NCBI GenBank assembly: GCA_043228905.1
Contig: JBHGNT010000035.1
Span: 62,001-126,000 of the forward strand
Reading direction: 5' to 3'
Length of the DNA: 64,000 nucleotides
Origin: Azolla caroliniana
Taxonomy: Eukaryota; Plantae; Polypodiophyta
A model generated the notes under the pieces. The model had not been told where the DNA came from. It did no database searches and saw nothing but the letters and a program-made list of their open reading frames with translations. This document shows, piece by piece, positions 54,741-64,000 of the stretch. Made by a program: the position numbers and the translations under genes. Within the stretch, counting starts at the first letter, position 1. Every line of letters begins with the position of its first letter.

Positions 54741-57700
54741 GATCTGTGCAGCCCATTAGTGGTTCCATTCCCTCTAAGCAAGTTAGTGATGTGTTCGTAG
54801 CCCAAGTAGCAGTTAGTACTAAAAGTACCCCTCCAGTACATACCTTAGCACTTCTAGATTCCGGAGCTAATTCTTGCTTTATGGATAGGAATTTTGCCCA
54901 AGCCCATCAGATATCCCTCAGTAAGCTCCCGTGTCCAGCCTCAGTAGTAGTCATTGATGGTCGTCCCATTGCTTCTGGGAATATCATAGAAGAGTCAGAA
55001 CCTGTTAATATTGTCCTAGATAACTTAGCATGTGTAGTGTCGTTTAATATTATTAGTATCCCAGAACATCCCATAGTTTTAGGATTACCATGGTTCGAAT
55101 TACACAATCCAAACATAGATTGGAGAACAAGGGCAATCCGGTGTCGACAAACCCAAAAGACAATGGCAACCATTTCGCTACATCAGTTGCGTGAAGAAGG
55201 GCGCAAGGAGGAGATGTTCCTTTTCGCAATATCAGTAAACCCCTCCATCACCACTAAAGAAGACAGTACTGTTCAACTCCCCGAGAAGTATCGTCAGTAC
55301 GCTGATGTGTTCGATAAAGTACAAGCCAACACACTTCCTCATCATCGGCCGTACGATTGCGCCATCGACTTACAACCGGGAAAAGAGCCGCCATGGGGGC
55401 CGATCTACAGTTTGTCACCAACCGAGCTAGAAGTCCTTCGAGCCTATATAGAGGAGAATTTGGAGAACGGTTTCATTCGGCATTCGAAATCTCCAGCCGG
55501 CGCACCCATTTTCTTCGTCAAGAAAAAAGATGGCTCGCTTCGACTTGTTGTAGATTACCGTGGCTTGAATAAGGTTACAATAAGAAATAGGTATGCTCTT
55601 CCCCTTATCTCAAGTCTTTTAGAACGAATCAATGGTGCCAGGTTCTTCACGAAGATCGATTTACGAGGAGCCTATAACCTCGTACGAATCCGACCAGGAG
55701 ATGAATGGAAGACCGCGTTTCGCACCAGATATGGGCACTTCGAGTATACGGTCATGCCGTTCGGACTCACTAATGCGCCAGCAGTCTTCCAGCACATGGC
55801 GAATGATATATTTCGAGATCTATTGGATGATTTTCTGATCATCTATTTAGATGATCTACTGGTTTATTCAAAGACCCAAGAAGAACATGATTCTCATGTA
55901 CTATTAGTACTAAAACGACTTCGAGAACATGGGCTATATGCAAAGCTAGAGAAATGTAGTTTCGGGTGCAACCAGGTGGAATTTCTCGGATATGTCATCT
56001 CCTCAGAAGGCATCTCTATGGACCCAGCTAAGGTCAAAACGGTGGTAGAATGGCAAACTCCGCGTTCGGTGCGGGATGTGCAGTGCTTCCTAGGCTTTGC
56101 AAATTTTTACCGGAAGTTCATACAAGACTACTCAAAAATAGTTCTGCCTCTCACACAGCTCACCAGGAAAGGACAATCATTTATCTGGTCTAAAGAAACG
56201 GACATGGCTTTCGAGAGTCTTAAGAAGGCGTTCACATCAGCTCCAATTCTAGGTCATGTGGATCCGGAACAACCATTCATTATCGAAGCTGACGCATCTG
56301 ATTTCGCATTGGGGAGCATTTTGTCACAACAGGGTAATGACGAGAAGCTGCATCCTGTGGCTTTCCACTCCCGTAAGTTTGACGCCGCCGAAATCAACTA
56401 CGAAATTCACGATAAAGAGCTATTGGCAATAGTTGATTCTTTTATACAGTGGAGGCATTTTCTCGAGGGATCTCCTCATCAAGTCACTGTATTCAGTGAC
56501 CACAAGAACCTTGCCTACTTTCAAGATGCTCGTGTACTGAATCGACGTCAAGCTCGATGGGCCCACTTCCTCACACGCTTCGACTTCAAAATTACATATC
56601 GTCCGGGGAAGCACCAAGGGAAGGCAGATGCATTATCACGACGTTCGTATCTAACACCACGTCCCGGGGAGCCAGCTTTCGATAACCAGAAGCAAGTAAT
56701 CTTGGGACCAGCACGACTACAAGGAGCACAGGTCTTTGACATGCCCATGGACTCTGACGTCACCAATACTATACGTGAGGACTTGAAGACTGACGCCTTC
56801 GCCCAAGCTATACTAGCACAAATTGACCCCTGTCGAGCGTCATGTTCACAGTCACAACCACCAGGTACTGACTATCGGCAATTTAAATACTGTGATGGAT
56901 TACTCTTCTTTAAAGAACTTTTGTATGTTCCTAATGGTTCTTGCCGCCTTCGAGTAGTACAAAACTGCCATGACACATATACAGCAGGACATTTCGGTAG
57001 TACTAAAACATTAGATTTAGTACAACGATCATTCTGGTGGCCCCGTATGCAACAATTTGTCAAAGATTTTGTTCGGACTTGTGACACCTGTTGCAGAGCG
57101 AAAATGCCAAGGCATCATCCATATGGTTTATTAGAACCATTACCAATTCCAAGCAAGCCATGGCAATCCATTGCTCTCGACTTCATCACAGATCTTCCAG
57201 TCTCTAAGGAGTTCAACGCGATTCTAACAGTGGTGGATCGATATACGAAGATGGCTCATTTCTTACCATGTACTAAGGAAATATCTAGTGAAGACACCGC
57301 CGAAATTGTCATGCGGGAAGTATGTCGGCATCATGGACTTCCCGATAGTATCATTAGCGATCGTGGACCCCAGTTTGTATCCAAATTCTGGAAGCACCTT
57401 TTTAAGATGCTCAAGGTGACTTGTAACCTCTCCTCCGGCTACCACCCACAAACCGACGGTCAAGCCGAACGAACAAATCAAACATTGGAGCAGTATCTGC
57501 GGTGCTTTCTCAGCTATCATCAGGATGACTGGGCAGATATTCTTCACTTCGCCGAATTTGCCTATAATAACGCTATCCACGCATCGACTAAAGTTACGCC
57601 ATTCTATGCTTATACGGGATGTCATCCCCGGTGGTCTGTCCTTGAAGTCCCAGAAGTGTCCACAAATCCGTGCGCGGAGGATCGTTTGGAGCGATTACGC

Positions 57701-58276
57701 AAGATACAAGAAGATTTATCTACTCAACTCCAGCATGCTCAACAATCACACAAGGACTACGCAGATCGTCATCGACTTCCATCCAGTTTTAACATTGGGG
57801 ATCGGGTGTGGCTGCTACGACGACACATCAAGACTACTCGCCCATGTGAAAAATTGGATTATCGGCGATTAGGTCCTTTCCGTATTATCGGAAAGATTAA
57901 TGATGTCGCTTTTCGTCTCGATCTACCTCCGCAACTTCGGATACATCCGGTATTTCATAGTTCCCTCCTTGAACCTTATCACGAGAGCACTATCCCAGGA
58001 CGGATTACACAACCTCCACCTCCTATCGAGCTTGAAGATGGACCTGAGTATGAGGTCGCTGCCATCCTTGATTCCAAGATTGTTCGCAATAAGCTCTACT
58101 ATCTAGTCGATTGGCTAGGGTATAGTCCCAGCGAGCGTACTTGGGAGCCGATCGAGAACGTGACCAATGCTCGTGCTCTTCTTGAAGACTTCCATCGTCG
58201 ATATCCAGAGAAACCAGGTCCTCAATCTAAAACGACTCGTGGAACTCGTCGTTTTAAAGGGGGGATAGTGTCATAA
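54728..58276 (+). CDS. Ty3/gypsy pol polyprotein (protease, RT, RNase H, integrase, chromodomain); probably entered by frameshift near 54692 rather than at the TTG
   Basis: LLDSGA; PIFFVKKKDG..DYRGLN, MPFGL, YLDD; ADASD; H-H-C-C zinc finger, DDE core and GPF; C-terminal EYEV...LVDWLGY...TWEP chromodomain (~58046-58207). 1182 codons with no stop. Confidence 0.95.
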   Translation: MDSPRSVQPISGSIPSKQVSDVFVAQVAVSTKSTPPVHTLALLDSGANSCFMDRNFAQAHQISLSKLPCPASVVVIDGRPIASGNIIEESEPVNIVLDNLACVVSFNIISIPEHPIVLGLPWFELHNPNIDWRTRAIRCRQTQKTMATISLHQLREEGRKEEMFLFAISVNPSITTKEDSTVQLPEKYRQYADVFDKVQANTLPHHRPYDCAIDLQPGKEPPWGPIYSLSPTELEVLRAYIEENLENGFIRHSKSPAGAPIFFVKKKDGSLRLVVDYRGLNKVTIRNRYALPLISSLLERINGARFFTKIDLRGAYNLVRIRPGDEWKTAFRTRYGHFEYTVMPFGLTNAPAVFQHMANDIFRDLLDDFLIIYLDDLLVYSKTQEEHDSHVLLVLKRLREHGLYAKLEKCSFGCNQVEFLGYVISSEGISMDPAKVKTVVEWQTPRSVRDVQCFLGFANFYRKFIQDYSKIVLPLTQLTRKGQSFIWSKETDMAFESLKKAFTSAPILGHVDPEQPFIIEADASDFALGSILSQQGNDEKLHPVAFHSRKFDAAEINYEIHDKELLAIVDSFIQWRHFLEGSPHQVTVFSDHKNLAYFQDARVLNRRQARWAHFLTRFDFKITYRPGKHQGKADALSRRSYLTPRPGEPAFDNQKQVILGPARLQGAQVFDMPMDSDVTNTIREDLKTDAFAQAILAQIDPCRASCSQSQPPGTDYRQFKYCDGLLFFKELLYVPNGSCRLRVVQNCHDTYTAGHFGSTKTLDLVQRSFWWPRMQQFVKDFVRTCDTCCRAKMPRHHPYGLLEPLPIPSKPWQSIALDFITDLPVSKEFNAILTVVDRYTKMAHFLPCTKEISSEDTAEIVMREVCRHHGLPDSIISDRGPQFVSKFWKHLFKMLKVTCNLSSGYHPQTDGQAERTNQTLEQYLRCFLSYHQDDWADILHFAEFAYNNAIHASTKVTPFYAYTGCHPRWSVLEVPEVSTNPCAEDRLERLRKIQEDLSTQLQHAQQSHKDYADRHRLPSSFNIGDRVWLLRRHIKTTRPCEKLDYRRLGPFRIIGKINDVAFRLDLPPQLRIHPVFHSSLLEPYHESTIPGRITQPPPPIELEDGPEYEVAAILDSKIVRNKLYYLVDWLGYSPSERTWEPIENVTNARALLEDFHRRYPEKPGPQSKTTRGTRRFKGGIVS
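58256..58268 (+). other. Gypsy polypurine tract
   Basis: AAAGGGGGGATAG immediately before the TGTCA of the LTR. Confidence 0.88.
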
Positions 58277-58373
58277 CTAGACTCGAACCCATAACCTGTT
58301 GTTACCGTTATATTATACATTGTAATTCGAAGTATATTATTTTCATTTATATTTTATTAGGAAATGGATGTAT

Positions 58374-58423
58374 ATTCCAGATTTCTCTGGAACATTCTAG
58401 AAACTTCAGGAGTATTCCTGAAG
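58374..58423. promoter_or_regulatory. Heat-shock element array (10 phased nGAAn/nTTCn units)
   Basis: Triplets at an exact 5-bp spacing from 58375: TTC, GAT, CTC, GAA, TTC, GAA, TTC, GAG, TTC, GAA (7 perfect, 3 with one mismatch). Confidence 0.8.
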
Positions 58424-58427
58424 ACAC

Positions 58428-58434
58428 TATAAAA
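58428..58434 (+). promoter_or_regulatory. Gypsy LTR TATA box (TATAAAA)
   Basis: CTATAAAAGG canonical context, directly 3' of the HSE array. Confidence 0.75.
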
Positions 58435-58707
58435 GGAGGCGCAAGGCATTAGTTCGAACCAAATCGGTTCAACGCCAGTCTTAAACCTTCTAGCTGTTAT
58501 TGTATATTTTCCTTCACCTAATACATATATCCTTCGTATCATCATTCTCTCTCTCTCTCTCTCTCTCTCCCTCTCACTCGTTCCTTCTCTCAACGTTCTA
58601 CACCTCTCATAGTACTAATCCTTCTCTGTCTTAGTACTGTTCTCAACAATTGTACTAATCCTTCTTTTAGTACTAATTCCTTCTCCGCCTAGGTAGCGTT
58701 CCTGACA

Positions 58708-61700
58708 GCGACATGAAGAAATTAGCAAATTTGAGGCGGGAGTTGACAAGAGCAAGTAGGTAAATTAAAATGTTCATATCTGGCTCGTGTGATATCGGAT
58801 TTCTGTGTTCAAACATGCGAATCGAAGCTAACAACGCTAGCTATGATATGGAATTAAAAAATCAAGATTTTAAAACTCAGGTCGAGCGACATGAAGAAAT
58901 TAGCAAATTTGAGGTGGGAGTTGACAAGAGCAAGTAGGTAAATTAAAATGTTCATATCTGGCTCGTGTGATATCGGATTTCTGTGTTCAAACATGCGAAT
59001 CGAAGCTAACAACGCTAGCTATGATATGGAATTAAAAAATCAAGATTTTAAAACTCAGGTCGAGCGACATGAAGAAATTAGCAAATTTGAGGTGGGAGTT
59101 GACAAGAGCAAGTAGGTAAATTAAAATGTTCATATCTGGCTCGTGTGATATCAGATTTCTGTGTTCAAACATGCGAATTGAAGCTAACAACGCTAGCTAT
59201 GATATGGAATTAAAAAATCAAGATTTTAAAAGTCAGGTCGAGCGACATGAAGAAAGTAGCAAATTTGAGGTGGGAGTTGACAAGAGCAAGTAGGTAAATT
59301 AAAATGTTCATATCTGGCTCGTGTGATATCGGATTTCTGTGTTCAAACATGCGAATTGAAGCTAACAACGCTTGCTATCATATGGAATTAAAAAATCAAG
59401 ATTTGGACACTCACGTCGAGAGACATGAAGAAATTAGCAAATTTGAGGCGGGAGTTGACAAGAGTAAGTAGGTAAATTAAAATGTTCATATCTGGCTCGT
59501 GTGATATCGGATTTTTGTGTTCAAACATGCGAATCGAAGCTAACAACGCTAGCTATGAAGAAATTAGCAAATTTGAGGCGGGAGTTTAGAACAACGCGTT
59601 AGTAAATTAAAATGTTCATATCTGGCTCTTGTGATATTGGATTTCTGTGTTCAAACATGTGAATCGAAGCTAACAAGGCTTGCTATGATATGGAATTAAA
59701 AAATAAAGATTTTGAAACTCAGGTCGAGGGACATGAAGAAATTAGCAAATTTGAGGCGGGAGTTTAGAACAACGCGTTAGTAAATTAAAATGTTCATATC
59801 TGGCTCCTGTGATATTGGATTTCTGTGTTCAAACATGGGAATCGAAGCTAACAACGCTTGCTATGATATGGATTTAAAAAATCAAGATTTTGAAACTTAG
59901 GTCGAGAGACATGAAGAAATTAACAAACTTGAGGCGGGAGTTGACAAGAGCGCGTTAGTAAATTAAAATGTTCATACCTGGCTCGTGTAAAATCGGATTT
60001 TTGTGTTCAAACATGCGAATCGAAACTAACAAAGCTAGCTATGATATGGAATTAAGAAATCAAGATTTTGAAACGCAGGTCGAGAGACATGAAGAAATTA
60101 GCAAATTTGAGGAGCGAGTTTAGAACAACGCGTTAGTAAATTAAAATGTTCATATTTGGCTCCTGTGATATTTTATTTCTGTGTTCAAACGTGCGAATCG
60201 AAGCTAACAACGCTTGCTATGATATGGAATTAAAAAATCAAGATTTTGAAACTCACATCGAGAGACCTGAAGAAATTAGCAAATTTGAGGCGGGAGTTGA
60301 CAAAAGCAAGTAGGTAAATTAAAATGTTCATACCTGGGTCCTGTGATATCGGATTTCTGTGGTGAAACATGCGACTCGAAGCTAACAACGCTTGCTATGA
60401 TATGGAATTAAAAAATCAAGATTTTGAAACTCAGGTTGAGAGACATGAAGAAATTAGCAAATTTGAGGTGAGAGTTGACAAGAGCGCGTTACTAAATTAA
60501 AATGTTCATACCTGGCTCGTGTAAAATCGGATTTTTGTGTTCAAACATGCGAATCGAAACTAACAAAGCTAGGTATGATATGGAATTAAAAAATCAAGAT
60601 TTTGAAACTGAGGTCGAGAGACATGAAGAAATTAGCAAATTTGAGGAGGGAGTTTAGAACAACGCGTTAGTAAATTAAAATGTTCATATCTGGCTCGTGT
60701 GATATCGGATTTTTGTGTTCAAACATGCAAATCGAAGCTAACAACGCTAGCTATGATATGGATTTAAAAAATCAAGATTTTGAAACTCAGGTCGAGAGAC
60801 ATGAAGAAATTAGCAAATTTGAGGCGGGAGTTGACAAGAGCAAGTAGGTAAATTAAAATGTTCATATCTGGCTCCTGTGATATTTTATTTCTGTGTTCAA
60901 ACGTGCGAATCGAAGCTAACAACGCTTGCTATGATATGGAATTAAAAAATCAAGATTTTGAAACCCACATCGAGAGACCTAAAGAAATAAGCAAAGTTGA
61001 GGCGGGAGTTGACAAGAGCGCGTTAGTAAATTAAAATGGTCATACCTGGCTCGTGTAAAATCGGATTTTTGTGTTCGAACATGCGAATCGAAGCTAACAA
61101 AGCTAGCGATGATATGGAATTAAAGAATCAAAATTTTGAAGCCCAGGTCGAGAGATATGAATAAACTAGCAAATTTGAGGAGGGAATTTAGAACAACGCA
61201 TTAGTAAATTAAAATGTTCATATTTGGCTCGTGTGATATTGGATTTCTGTGTTCAAACGTGCGAATCGAAGCTAATAACGCTTGCTATGATATGGAATTA
61301 AGAAATCAAGATTTTGAAACTCAAGTCGAGAGACATGAAGAAATTAGCAAATTTGAGGAGGGAGTTGAGAAAAGCGTGTTAGTAAATTAAAATGTTCATA
61401 CCTGGGATGTGTGATATCGGATTTCTATGGTGAAACATGCGAATCGAAGCTAACAACGCTTGCTATGATATGGAATGCAGAAATCAAGATTTTGTAACTC
61501 AGGTCGAGAGACATGATGAAATTAGCAAATTTGAGGCGGGAGTTGACAAGAGCAAGTAGGTAAATTAAAATGTTCATACCTGGCTCGTGTGATATTGGAT
61601 TTCTGTGTTCAAACATGCGAATCGAAGCTAACAACGCTTGCTATGATACGGAATTAAAAAATCAAGATTTTGAAACTCACGTCGAGAGACATGAAGAAAT

Positions 61701-64000
61701 TAGCAAATTTGAGGAGGGAGTTTAGAAGAACGCGTTAGAAAATTAAAATGTTCATATCTAGCTCCTGTGATATTGGATTTCTATGTTGAAACATGCGAAT
61801 CGAAGCTAACAACGCTTGCTATGATATGGAATTAAGAAATCAAGATTTTGTAACTCAGGTCGAGAGACATGAAGAAATTAGCAAATTTGAGGAGGGAGTT
61901 GAGAAGAGTAAGTAGGTAAATTAAAATGTTCATACCTGGCTCGTGTGATATCGGATTTTTGTGTTCAAACATGCGAATCGAAGCTAACAACGCTTGTTAT
62001 GATATGGAATTCAAAAATCAAGATTTTGAAACTCACGTCGAGAGACATGAAGAAATTAACAAAATTGAGGCGGGAGTTGACAAGAGCGCGTTAGTAAATT
62101 AAAATGTTCATACTTGGCTCGTCTAAAATCGGATTTTTGTGTTCAAACATGCGAATGGAAACTAACAAAGCTAGCTATGATATGGAATTAAGAAATGAAG
62201 ATTTTGAAACGCAGCTCGAGAGACATGAAAAAATTAGCAAATTTGAGGAGGGAGTTTAGAACAACGCGTTAGTAAATTAAAATGTTCATATTTGGCTCCT
62301 GTGATATTTTATTTCTGTGTTCAAACGTGCGAATCGAAGCTAACAACGCTTGCTATGATATGGAATTAAAAAATCAAGATTTTGAAACTCACATCGAGAG
62401 ACCTGAAGAAATTAGCAAATTTGAGGCGGGAGTTGACAAAAGCAAGTAGGTAAATTAAAATGTTCATACCTAGGTCCTGTGATATCGGATTTCGGTGGTG
62501 AAACATGCGAATCGAAGCTAACAGCGCTTGCTATGATATGGAATTAAAAAATCAAGATTTTGAAACTCAGGTCGAGAGACATGAAGAAATTAGCAAATTT
62601 GAGGAGGGAGTTTACAAGAGCAAGTAGGTAAATTAAAATACTCATATTTGGCTCGTGTGATATCAGATTTCTGTGGTGAAACATGCGAATCGAAGCTAAC
62701 AACGCCTTCTATGATATGGAATTAAAAAATCAAGATTTTGAAACTCAGGTCGAGAGACATGAAGAAATTAGAAAATTTGAGGCGGGAGTTGACAAGAGCA
62801 AGTAGGTAAATTAAAATGTTCATACCTGGCTCGTATGATATCGGATTTTTGTGTTCAAACATGCGAATCGAAGCTACCAACGCTAGCTCTAATATGGAAT
62901 TAGAAAATCAAGATTTTGAAACTCAGGTCGAGAGACATGACGAAATTACTAAATTCGAGGAGTGAGTTGAGAAGAGCTAGTAGGTAAATTAAAATGTTCA
63001 TACCTGGCTCGTGTGATATCGGATTTTTGTGTTCAAACATGCGAATCGAAGCTAAGAACGCTAGCTATGATATGGAATTAAAAAATCAAGATTTTGATAC
63101 GCAGGTCGAGAGACATGAAGAAATTAGCAAATTTGAGGAGGGAGTTTAGAACAACGCGTTAGTAAATTAAAATGTTTATATTTGGCTCCTGTGATATTGG
63201 ATTTCTGTGTTCAAACGTGCGAATCGAAGCTAACAACGCTTGCTATGATATGGAATCAAAAAATCAAGATATTGAAACTCACATCGAGAGACCTGAAGAA
63301 ATTAGCAAATTTGAGGCGGGAGTTGACAAGAGCAAGTAGGTAAATTAAAATGTTCATATCTGGCTCCTGTGATATTGGATTTCTGTGATCAAACATGCGA
63401 ATCGAAGCTAACAACAATTGTTATGATACGGAACTAAAAAATCAAGATTTTGAAACTCAGATCGAGAGACATGAAGAAATTAGCAATTTTGAGGCGGGAG
63501 TTGACAAGAGCAAGTAGGTAATGAAATGTTCATACCTGGCTCGTGTGATATTGGATTTCAGTGTTCAAACATGCGAATCGAAGCTAACAACGCTTTCTAT
63601 AATACGGAATTAAAAAATCAAGATTTTGAAACTCACGTGGAGAGACATGAAGAAATTAGCAAATTTGAGGCGGGAGTTGACAAGAGCAAGTAGGTAAATT
63701 AAAATGTTCATACCTGGCTCGTGTGATATTGGATTTCAGTGTTCAAACATGCGAAGCGAAGCTAAGAATGCTTGCTTTGATATGGAATTAAAAAATCAAG
63801 ATTTTGAAACTCACGTCGAGAGACATGAAGAAATTAGCAAATTTGAGGCGGGAGTTGACAAGAGCAAGTAGGTAAATTAAAATGTTCATATTTGGCTCGT
63901 GTGATATCGGATTTTTGTGTTCAAACTTGCGAATCGAAGCTAACAACGCTAGCTCTGATATGGAATTAAAATATCAATATTTTGAAACTCACGTCAAGAG
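58708..64000 (-). repeat. 178-bp satellite, B-like, inverted orientation
   Basis: Reverse complement of the monomer (TGCGAATCGAAGCTAACAAC) with a 178-bp period. 12-mer spacing of the variant ACTCACATCGAGAGACCTG (60251, 62387; 2136 bp). Confidence 0.95.

Larger units (their letters stand above)
54311..58707 (+). mobile_element. 5'-truncated Ty3/gypsy chromovirus (Tcn1/Sushi-like); 5' LTR, PBS and most of gag absent
   Basis: gag C-terminus, PR-RT-RH-IN-chromodomain pol, PPT and a complete 3' LTR. Satellite is fused directly to mid-gag at ~54311-54314. Confidence 0.93.
58269..58707 (+). repeat. Gypsy 3' LTR (439 bp)
   Basis: TGTCA...TGACA termini; follows the PPT; satellite starts at 58708; contains a TATA box and a (TC)n tract at ~58546-58569. 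Confidence 0.9.

Noticed and set aside
54369-58276. Domesticated PEG10/RTL-like host gene
   Set aside because: It retains PPT, LTR and integrase and is truncated within satellite, so it is a transposon fragment.
58357-58593. 78-aa ORF with an ERERER tract
   Set aside because: It is a translation of the (TC)n microsatellite in the LTR.
1-64000. Identity with Arabidopsis CEN178 or a CENP-B box
   Set aside because: Only the monomer length matches; I recognise no CEN178 sequence and see no TTCG....A..CGGG motif.

Overview
Eukaryotic, most likely plant, (peri)centromeric DNA with no ordinary genes. About 54 kb is a tandem satellite with a 178-bp monomer in three domains. Domain A (1 to ~25.85 kb) is homogeneous and has nested higher-order repeats. 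Domain B (~25.85-54.3 kb) is a more diverged subfamily in the same orientation. Domain C (58.7-64 kb) is B-like and inverted. Two LTR retrotransposons interrupt the array. The first is a 5.3-kb Tnt1/Tto1(Tork)-like Ty1/copia element on the minus strand (36538-41818), with a CAGAG target-site duplication, two nonsense mutations and a 5' LTR missing its outer 60 bp. The second is a 5'-truncated Ty3/gypsy chromovirus (~54311-58707) lying exactly at the satellite strand switch. It has an uninterrupted pol with a canonical aromatic-cage chromodomain, a candidate -1 frameshift signal (G_TTA_AAC plus stem-loop/pseudoknot), and an LTR with a 10-unit heat-shock-element array directly upstream of the TATA box. 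My best candidate for an undescribed system is this putatively heat-inducible, heterochromatin-targeting chromovirus of a fungal/non-seed-plant (Tcn1-like) type at a centromeric inversion breakpoint. Host species, clade assignments and all functions are inferred by eye and need database and experimental checks.
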